From: Candidatus Finniella inopinata
GTDB taxonomy: Bacteria > Pseudomonadota > Alphaproteobacteria > Paracaedibacterales > VGCI01
Reading direction: 5' to 3'
NCBI GenBank assembly: GCA_945877185.1
Contig: CAMCRD010000002.1
Coordinates: 1 to 58,618 of the forward strand
DNA: 58,618 nt
Below, in pieces: positions 32,351 to 39,602 of the stretch; positions within the stretch are counted from its first letter, which is position 1, and each line of letters opens with the position of its first letter. The notes under the pieces are model-generated. The model saw only the letters and a list, made by a program, of their open reading frames with translations, was not told where the DNA came from and searched no databases. The position numbers were made by a program, and so were the translations under genes.

Positions 32351-33598
32351 TTATAAGGGTAAATTCCCCGTTGGCCAAATCATCGGAAAAGGAACAGCCC
32401 AAAGATTGTCTCCGAAAGAAACAGGGGAATCACCTGTATATAAAACGATTCCAACAAATGGTCTTCTCTTGGCAAGATTGTTCTTAAACCACAACAGATG
32501 CTTAAAATCATTTTTTGTGACAACTGATGCTGATTTGATCTCTATCCCAAGCAACGATTGATCTTCCCGTTCAACGATCAAATCAATCTCTCTTTGTTCA
32601 CGATCCCGATAGTGGAATAACTCATAAATTTCACTGTGAACACCCACTTGTGTGGATATCTCATTGAAGGCGAATGTTTCAATCAGTTTCCCTAAAGGAT
32701 CTGATTGATATCGTATTTGCTCTAGATTCCAGGACAATAGCGAGAACATCAAACCACTATCTGCCATAAACATTTTTGGTTTTTTACCGATACGATCATA
32801 GTCGGTTTTTCTCCAAGCGGGGACCCGTTCTACTAGATACAAGCTTTCTAGCGCATTAATGTAAGATTCCAGCGTTTCTCTTCGTAAAGATAGCCCCGAA
32901 CATATTGCCGTGATATCCATATATTTACTGGACCAGGCCGCCAATATTGCAACCAGTCGGCTCATCACATCATGTTTTTTAATATGGGTGATATCCTTTA
33001 GATCCCTCTCCAAGAGAGCTTCCACGTAGTCCAAATGCCATTTTCTTTGGTCACGTCCCTTCAACTGAATGGCTTCAGGAAAACCACCTCCTGCAGCCAT
33101 TCGAATCACTTCTTCTTGAGTTGATGGTTTATAAGCATACTTAAAGTCTTGATTAAAAGCATGCTCCAGGAAAGTAGGTTGAGCCTCTTGCATTTCCCCT
33201 TGTGACAATGTTTTGAGGCGGATCTTTGTTATTCTGCCTGCGAGTGATTCTTGAACACTTGGGATTGATTGAATATTTGCTGATCCAGTTAAAAGATACT
33301 GTCCGGATCTTGTATTTTCATCCACAACTTTCTTTATGGCAATAAGTAGGGAAGGAACCCTTTGTATTTCATCTATGATGAGAGTTGCATGTTTATGTTG
33401 GACGAAACCTTGAGGATCTCTTGTTGCTGCTTCTCTTAAGGTTACATCATCCAGTGTTAAGTATTGAACCTCTGAAGAGATGAGTTGTTTCGCTAACGTT
33501 GTTTTCCCGCATTGTCTCGGTCCATTTAAAAGTGCTACGCGACGTGTTTTTAAAGCATGTTTTATGGTTCCTGATTGCCATCTTTGGTAAAAAGTCAT
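32351..33598 (-). CDS. AAA+ ATPase with C-terminal DUF4143 domain (COG1373-type)
   Basis: Walker A LNGPRQCGKTTLAK and Walker B TLIIDEIQ. The C-terminal EIDLIVERED..LLGIEIKSASVV block is typical of the DUF4143 / PD-(D/E)xK-like module. Confidence 0.85.
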   Translation of the reverse strand: MTFYQRWQSGTIKHALKTRRVALLNGPRQCGKTTLAKQLISSEVQYLTLDDVTLREAATRDPQGFVQHKHATLIIDEIQRVPSLLIAIKKVVDENTRSGQYLLTGSANIQSIPSVQESLAGRITKIRLKTLSQGEMQEAQPTFLEHAFNQDFKYAYKPSTQEEVIRMAAGGGFPEAIQLKGRDQRKWHLDYVEALLERDLKDITHIKKHDVMSRLVAILAAWSSKYMDITAICSGLSLRRETLESYINALESLYLVERVPAWRKTDYDRIGKKPKMFMADSGLMFSLLSWNLEQIRYQSDPLGKLIETFAFNEISTQVGVHSEIYELFHYRDREQREIDLIVEREDQSLLGIEIKSASVVTKNDFKHLLWFKNNLAKRRPFVGIVLYTGDSPVSFGDNLWAVPFPMIWPTGNLPL

Positions 33599-33609
33599 CG
33601 CTGAATATT

Positions 33610-33670
33610 CCCGCGTTTTTACTATTCATGATACCGCGTTTTTACTAACAATGCAACCGCGTTTTTACTA
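33610..33670. repeat. Three direct repeats of ccgcgtttttacta with a 23-bp period (iteron-like), immediately upstream of the AAA+ gene start
   Basis: Repeat starts are at 33611, 33634 and 33657, read directly from the sequence. Confidence 0.75.
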
Positions 33671-33733
33671 ATGGGTCTCGTGGCATGTTTTCAGGCTTAG
33701 CTGCAAACTGTAGCAAAGAAGAGAATTTAATCC

Positions 33734-33940
33734 TCAAAACCCAAACATGTGATCAAGGCTAAAGGCTTGTTTTCCCCATGTCCCATGGTAACCAAACAGG
33801 CGACAGGTGGTATCCCGGACGATGATATATCCCCCCTTGGCTTGACGACGAAGATCTTCAGAAAAGTTTTGATGGTAGGAAAAGAGATAGGATCCATGGC
33901 ACGGAATTTTTACAGGATGTTTTGAGATCTCTTCCCCTTT
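33734..33940 (-). pseudogene. Detached duplicate of the last ~68 codons of gene 35306..37198
   Basis: This 207-bp segment aligns without gaps to 35306-35512. I counted 14 mismatches by hand, about 93% identity. The reading frame is kept (KGEEISKHPVKIPCHGSYLFSYHQNFSEDLRRQAKGGYIIVRDTTCRLFGYHGTWGKQAFSLDHMFGF*), but there is no upstream gene body and no start codon. Confidence 0.8.
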
Positions 33941-33969
33941 CTGACTGCTTGTTATTTAAAAAGGAATTA

Positions 33970-35079
33970 TTATCCAATCTGATAAAAATTTAACGTGCCA
34001 AATTTACTCCTCTTAAGTTCAGCCTCTTCTATATTTAAATGATCCCTATAAAGTTTTTCTTGGTGTTGATGGATACATTCCATGGTAATTCTCATTTGGA
34101 TCATATAACCTCTGTTTCTTTCTGTCTCTAAAATATCAAGAGTACAGAAAATATGTGCTTCATTTTTCCACTTTTCTTGAATCTTATTGTATGGTGTAAG
34201 CGCCTTTTTAAAGTTTTGATTAGGGTATTTTTCTTGCACGTCATGGAAGCGATCACCATAATACTGAGCATATGTAACATTCTTTTCATTTAAGTTCATG
34301 ACGTCTTCTACATATGGGTCAATAGACATAAATTTTATTTCTTTAAAAAAATCATATTTTAATTCAAAAATATCCCTCATTCGAACAGCAACGCAAAGTT
34401 CTGAAAGTTGGTACTTTCCAAGATTATGACTCTTCTGATTCTCATCCAATAAGTTGTGCACTTTAGTAAGAATATTATATTCACTAATACCTATTTCATC
34501 TATTAAGAAGCCTCTGATTCTTTTTACCTCTTGTTCTGGCGTGCAATTATTATGAGTTAGACCCCAATTAAAAAGTTTCCAATTAATATCATCTCTCGTT
34601 GTATAAATACGAGCATAAACATTATATTTATTAGATAAATCAATATGTTCTTTAATACTTTTTTTCAGAGATTCAAGAGAATTTGTCCAATGTTTATGGA
34701 AAACAATTAAGCTCTTCCCATCTGTTGCTGCAATAGCGATACAAGGTTTTAAAGTTCCTATGACAGCTACCTTATTTCCATCTTTCTGAATATTATAAAC
34801 TTTATATCCCCCTTGATGAATAAGGGTAAGTTGATCGTCATTTTTTCTCTCATAGTATGGAAAAGGGAGTATAACTTCTTTTCTAATTTCATCTCCTTCC
34901 AAGTCAAGAAAGGCAGAAAATGCAGATTCTTCAGCTAATGGTGGGCCATTGATTTCTTTGTTTTCAGCTTTCATGGATCGTTCATAAGAGGCTTTTACAT
35001 CTTCTAATCGATCACTGGCATAAATTAAAGATGCTGAGGCGGCAATAAATACAGATAATTTAACGAAAAATTTAAGCAT
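33970..35079 (-). CDS. Hypothetical exported protein (369 aa), low-GC orphan
   Basis: ORF track. Leader MLKFFVKLSVFIAASASLIYA|SD. The coding sequence is very AT-rich and is bracketed by the 207-bp direct repeats. Confidence 0.65.
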   Translation of the reverse strand: MLKFFVKLSVFIAASASLIYASDRLEDVKASYERSMKAENKEINGPPLAEESAFSAFLDLEGDEIRKEVILPFPYYERKNDDQLTLIHQGGYKVYNIQKDGNKVAVIGTLKPCIAIAATDGKSLIVFHKHWTNSLESLKKSIKEHIDLSNKYNVYARIYTTRDDINWKLFNWGLTHNNCTPEQEVKRIRGFLIDEIGISEYNILTKVHNLLDENQKSHNLGKYQLSELCVAVRMRDIFELKYDFFKEIKFMSIDPYVEDVMNLNEKNVTYAQYYGDRFHDVQEKYPNQNFKKALTPYNKIQEKWKNEAHIFCTLDILETERNRGYMIQMRITMECIHQHQEKLYRDHLNIEEAELKRSKFGTLNFYQIG

Positions 35080-35305
35080 TTGTATTCCTATTTTTAAGAA
35101 ATAATAATTAAGTCGAATATCGTTTATATAGTGAGTGAATAAAAAATGTCAACTGATAAAGTTAAATTTTTTAAATTCAGTTACAAAAAAAGGAGAATTA
35201 AAGTTGAAGTTATTGACCGTTAATGTTAAGAAAAATCAGCATTTATATGCCCTCTAAGATTGTATAAATCCCAGAATGAGAAGCTGCGAAAGACGTGAAT
35301 TCGTA

Positions 35306-37198
35306 TTAAAACCCAAACATGTGATCAAGGCTAAATGCCTGTTTTCCCCATGTCCCATGGTAACCAAACAGGCGACAGGTGATGTCGCGAATGATGATAT
35401 ATCCCCCTTTGGCTTGGCGACGAAGGTCTTCAGAAAAGTTTTGATGGTAGGAAAAGAGATAGGATCCATGGCACGGAATTTTTACAGGATACTTTGAGAT
35501 TTCTTCCCCTTTGTGGTTATGGAGCACAAATTCCGTTTCAGAAAAAGGGTGCCAATGGGTGGACGAAGGATAAATCAAAAAGCAAGTTGCATCGTTTTGG
35601 GAATCAGACAAGGCTAAAAAGAGCCGCGTTCTCAAGCCTGGTGGGCTGCCTGCGTAGCTTTGTGGTTCGTTTTTATAAACAAGAGGCGTGTTAAACATAT
35701 GTGCGCCAAAGCTTGACTCAGCTTTGTGGTTTCCCCGCTCATATCGGAAAAGGCCATGAAGCCATCCATCAACCGGAACATTCAGGTCTTCATCATAAGC
35801 CAATTCAATATGGCCATGCCCACTGGGGAGTGACCATTGGCGGCAATCAACAACTGTGGTGTGATCCCTTTCTAAAATGCCAAGAGATTGTTCAGCGATG
35901 GCTTTTCCTGTGGCGTCATAAATAAAAACCTTCAAAGGCAATTGAGTTTGAGTTGTGCTCATCGGCGTTGGCAAAATGAGAGACTCAAAATCAGATTGAG
36001 GTAAAATGGGGGCTGGCAGAATATAGTTTTTCCCAAATAATGGCTTAAGCTCTGCGGTGGAAATTGTTTGCTTGAGATCGTTGCGTTGGACGTTAATATG
36101 CGCGATTCTTTGGTTCTGTGTTTCTTTACAAACAACTTCATAACGAGGGCGGACAACGTATTTTCCAGCCTGAACTTCAACTTGTTGGGGCCAATGCGCA
36201 TCGGGTAAGAGGTCAGAAACGCTCAAGCGATAGCTGGCGAACGGTGCAATTTCTTGATCCAACCAAGTAATATCTTTCTTGCCCATCACGTTCAAACCAA
36301 TCGCGTTGGCAGGGATGGGCACGGGATGGCTATTTTGAATCCAAAAATAGACGACCTCATTTTTGTGGGGGGCGGGTAGGCCTGCGTAGGCGTCCGCTGG
36401 CCACGAATTCGCATCATGGGTGCACGAAAGGTGCGTGTGATCGTCGCTATAGGTTTCAAGCGCATACTTGACGATATCATGACCTTTTGCGCCAATGACC
36501 TGAATGAAAAGCTGTCCCACAAAGGGAGCTAACTGAAACCGTTTTTTGATGTCTTGGCTATCCATGACGATGGTGTGCTCACAAGGGTCGAGAGCTTGTT
36601 CCCATTCTGCTAAAACTTGCCCTTGTTCTCCAAAAAGAATACAGGAAAGCCGCACATCTTTTGCGCCATAGCGATGCCAATAATTTGCTGTAACCAGCCG
36701 TGTATGAAGCCCGTCTTGTTCCCTCATAAAAGCAAAGTTCGTTGCAAAATTGAGGGGCGTGAGATAGGTTTTCTCGTTTCTTAAGGCATCAAGGCGAACA
36801 TCATCGAAGGAATAATTTTTCATTCCTTTGGGGAGAAAGGGAGTGAGAGCCGGGAGCATCCAAGCCGTATCAAAAGCAAGAATAAGAAGGGCGCCTGCAG
36901 AGCTTTCAGAAAGCTCTGTTAGGGGTTTTGATGTCAATCCTCCTAAGGAGGGATAGTTCTTTCCAATATGCTCAAATTTTTGGGCATAGATATTGGTGAT
37001 GTTTAAGTGACTCAGCTCGGATAAATAAAACTCTTGAACGGCGTCCAAAAGTCCCAGGGGGTCATAAAGCGCGACTTGGGTATGGCGAAGCTGCTCAAAA
37101 AGCGCTCTCACTTTTTGGGCGGTTTGGGGGTGCGAAAGGGCCTTATAGAGGGCATTTCCCCCAGAGTGGTTATCAAATGTTTCGATTTTCAGCGCCAT
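35306..37198 (-). CDS. Conserved-looking hypothetical protein (630 aa) with repeated beta-rich modules
   Basis: Long ORF with core-like composition. Four segments share a strand-G-strand-P-strand pattern. I recognise no known catalytic motif. Confidence 0.8.
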   Translation of the reverse strand: MALKIETFDNHSGGNALYKALSHPQTAQKVRALFEQLRHTQVALYDPLGLLDAVQEFYLSELSHLNITNIYAQKFEHIGKNYPSLGGLTSKPLTELSESSAGALLILAFDTAWMLPALTPFLPKGMKNYSFDDVRLDALRNEKTYLTPLNFATNFAFMREQDGLHTRLVTANYWHRYGAKDVRLSCILFGEQGQVLAEWEQALDPCEHTIVMDSQDIKKRFQLAPFVGQLFIQVIGAKGHDIVKYALETYSDDHTHLSCTHDANSWPADAYAGLPAPHKNEVVYFWIQNSHPVPIPANAIGLNVMGKKDITWLDQEIAPFASYRLSVSDLLPDAHWPQQVEVQAGKYVVRPRYEVVCKETQNQRIAHINVQRNDLKQTISTAELKPLFGKNYILPAPILPQSDFESLILPTPMSTTQTQLPLKVFIYDATGKAIAEQSLGILERDHTTVVDCRQWSLPSGHGHIELAYDEDLNVPVDGWLHGLFRYERGNHKAESSFGAHMFNTPLVYKNEPQSYAGSPPGLRTRLFLALSDSQNDATCFLIYPSSTHWHPFSETEFVLHNHKGEEISKYPVKIPCHGSYLFSYHQNFSEDLRRQAKGGYIIIRDITCRLFGYHGTWGKQAFSLDHMFGF

Positions 37199-37400
37199 AG
37201 TACTGTTCCTAAATTATTGAATCGAGCTGTGAATGAAGAATGTTTCCGATTCCCAAGGAGTATAGAACCACTTTGAGAGCCCTCTAATCAAGGAGAAAAT
37301 GGATCTTTTGAAAGATCGTCTCAAGACCCTTTCTGAGGACGGTATACCCATGGTACGCTGATCAGGATCAGTATTTGGACGCAAGAAGAATGCAGATGAA

Positions 37401-37976
37401 ATGACCCAAGCCATGACAAAAGAAACCTTAAATGCCAGATCAATTCTGCGTAATATTGTTGCCAATATTCCCCCTTTCGATGACTTGGAACGAGAGCATA
37501 TTCAAGACACGTTGTCCTGGATACAAAGCAGCGCCCCCCTTTTTCGTGTTCAAAAGCCGGATGTTCCGATCAAACATTTGGTTTCTTACTTTCTATTGTT
37601 GGATGAGGATGCGAAGAAAGTTTTGCTTGTTGATCATAAAAAAGCCAAGCTGTGGTTGCCCTCGGGTGGCCACGTAGAGGTGGATGAGCATCCGCGAGAT
37701 GCGGCAGTTAGAGAGTGTTTTGAAGAATTGAGGATAGAGGCTGAATTCTTCAAAATAGATCCGATCTTCTTAACAGTTACGAGGACAGTTGGGTTGACGG
37801 CGGGCCATACGGATGTCAGTCTTTGGTATGTTTTAAAGGGGGATCATCGGGTTTCTTATGAGCTTGATGAAGAAGAATTTATGGCGGTTCGATGGTTTCG
37901 TTTTGATGAAATTCCGTATGAAAGGTCTGATCCTCATATGGGGCGGTTTATTAACAAATTAAGAGGATACTTATGA
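37401..37976 (+). CDS. NUDIX hydrolase
   Basis: Nudix box GGHVEVDEHPRDAAVRECFEELRIEA (GX5EX7REUXEEXGU). Confidence 0.87.
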   Translation: MTQAMTKETLNARSILRNIVANIPPFDDLEREHIQDTLSWIQSSAPLFRVQKPDVPIKHLVSYFLLLDEDAKKVLLVDHKKAKLWLPSGGHVEVDEHPRDAAVRECFEELRIEAEFFKIDPIFLTVTRTVGLTAGHTDVSLWYVLKGDHRVSYELDEEEFMAVRWFRFDEIPYERSDPHMGRFINKLRGYL

Positions 37977-38878
37977 TGATGTTATCTCTGAATACAATGC
38001 TTCCTTATGTTGCTTTGAGTGTATTGATTATTGGGTTATTTTTTATCCGGTCTCGCAAAATTCTCACTCTTCTCATGGGAATCCCCATTCTCGTGGCCTT
38101 TACCTATGGGGTTATTAACCCGATGGGCCTTTTGTCGATTGGTATTTTCTGGGGACTTTGTGAACTCCACTGGTGTCACCCTTCCACGAAAGAGTGGCTC
38201 AATTCCATAAGGTTGCTTTTCATCGTGATCATTGCTTTGGGATTTGCCAATCACTTCATCCCCGGGTTTCACAATTTGAGGGTATTCACGGATTTACGCG
38301 TGTCAGAGCTCTCAAGCCCCTTTACGATGTATCTTAATTTTGACAAAACCATTGCCGCTGTGATCCTGGCTGTTGCCAGTGGTGTTCTCTTAAAACAAAC
38401 AAGTCCTTTTGGAAGAAAATCGCTTGCAGAGACATTAAAAATTTCCGTTCTTTGTGTGGCGTTGCTGATCCCTGTAGCTGTGTTGAGTGGTTATATCATT
38501 CTTGATCCAAAATTACCGGAAACGTTCTGGTTCTGGGCTTTTAACAACCTTATTTTTGTTTGTTTTGCTGAGGAAATTATCTTTCGGGGTGTGATCCAAA
38601 ATCATCTTATGCAAGTAGCACGCCGATACCAAATCTCTCCCTTTATTCCGATTCTGGTCACGTCAATGTTGTTTGGGACGGTGTTGCTTGGCCACTTGCA
38701 TGGTGGGCCCGCTTATATAGCCTTTGCCACAATCTCTGGGTTATTTTATGGTTATGCATATCACACAACCAATCGCTTAGAAGCAGCGATCCTGGTACAT
38801 TTCATTGTCAATCTAAGTCATTTCTTGCTTTTTAGCTATCCAATGGCGGCAACGATGGCGGCAAATTTGATGAAATAG
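37973..38878 (+). CDS. CPBP family intramembrane glutamic endopeptidase (CAAX protease/Abi fold)
   Basis: Polytopic membrane protein with motifs FAEEIIFRG, LGHLHGG and HFIVNL. Its start overlaps the Nudix stop by 4 nt (ATGA). Confidence 0.85.
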   Translation: MMMLSLNTMLPYVALSVLIIGLFFIRSRKILTLLMGIPILVAFTYGVINPMGLLSIGIFWGLCELHWCHPSTKEWLNSIRLLFIVIIALGFANHFIPGFHNLRVFTDLRVSELSSPFTMYLNFDKTIAAVILAVASGVLLKQTSPFGRKSLAETLKISVLCVALLIPVAVLSGYIILDPKLPETFWFWAFNNLIFVCFAEEIIFRGVIQNHLMQVARRYQISPFIPILVTSMLFGTVLLGHLHGGPAYIAFATISGLFYGYAYHTTNRLEAAILVHFIVNLSHFLLFSYPMAATMAANLMK

Positions 38879-38885
38879 TAGAGAA

Positions 38886-39602
38886 ATGATTACACAAGCC
38901 ATGGTATTAGCAGCAGGTGAAGGTCGGAGCTTACGTCCCTTAACCGACCATACGCCAAAACCCCTCATTCAAGTTGGGGGTAAGGCGATGCTGGATCATG
39001 CCCTTGATCAGCTGGTGGCTGTTGGGGTTAAGCGCTGTGTTATTAATACCTGTCACCTTGCGGATCAAATCCAAGCGCATATCAAAGAAAGAACAAAGCC
39101 TGAGGTGATTATTTCCCATGAAACGACACTCCTGGATACAGGAGGGGGCCTCATGAAGGCGTTGCCTCATTTTGGGGGAGAGCCGTTTTTTGTTTTGAAT
39201 GCGGATATTTGGTGGCGAGATAGAGGCCACTCTAGCTTAGCTCAATTAAGCCAATTCTGGGATTCAATGAGGATGGATGCTTTATTGCTGTTGGTTCCCG
39301 TTGAAAAAGCAATCGGTTATTCAGGTGTTGGGGATTATTTTTTGACGCCAGATGGGAAAGCACAATACCGCGGAAATCACCCAATGGCGCCCTATATATT
39401 TTCGGGCATTCGCATCCTTCATCCCCGATTGTTGTCGGGTCAAGAGGTTCGCTCTTTTTCGATTGTGCCGCTTTTTCATAAAGCTGAAGAACAGGGCCGA
39501 CTCTTCGGGTTGGTTTATGATGGTGATTGGGGGGATATTGGTACACTGGAGAGTTTGAAAGCGATCAATGAAGATCCGCGTGTGAAACTGGTTGAATCAT
39601 GA
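38886..39602 (+). CDS. Sugar-phosphate nucleotidyltransferase (MurU-like)
   Basis: N-terminal AMVLAAGEGRSLRPLTDHTPKPL (the G-x-G-x-R nucleotidyltransferase signature). Its position directly upstream of addB matches the common alphaproteobacterial synteny. Confidence 0.8.
   Translation: MITQAMVLAAGEGRSLRPLTDHTPKPLIQVGGKAMLDHALDQLVAVGVKRCVINTCHLADQIQAHIKERTKPEVIISHETTLLDTGGGLMKALPHFGGEPFFVLNADIWWRDRGHSSLAQLSQFWDSMRMDALLLLVPVEKAIGYSGVGDYFLTPDGKAQYRGNHPMAPYIFSGIRILHPRLLSGQEVRSFSIVPLFHKAEEQGRLFGLVYDGDWGDIGTLESLKAINEDPRVKLVES

Noticed and set aside
32232-32561. ORF 32232..32561 (+) as a possible frameshifted continuation of atpC supplying the missing epsilon C-terminal helices
   Set aside because: Its translation (…SPLRAALSWRTGLRILNYKGKFPVGQ…) has none of the A/E/R/L-rich helical character of the epsilon C-terminal domain. 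It is antisense to the well-supported AAA+/DUF4143 gene.
33610-33670. CRISPR array
   Set aside because: There are only three 14-bp repeats with 9-bp spacers. This is far too short for CRISPR repeat/spacer geometry. I report it as iteron-like direct repeats instead. No CRISPR-like array is seen elsewhere in the window.
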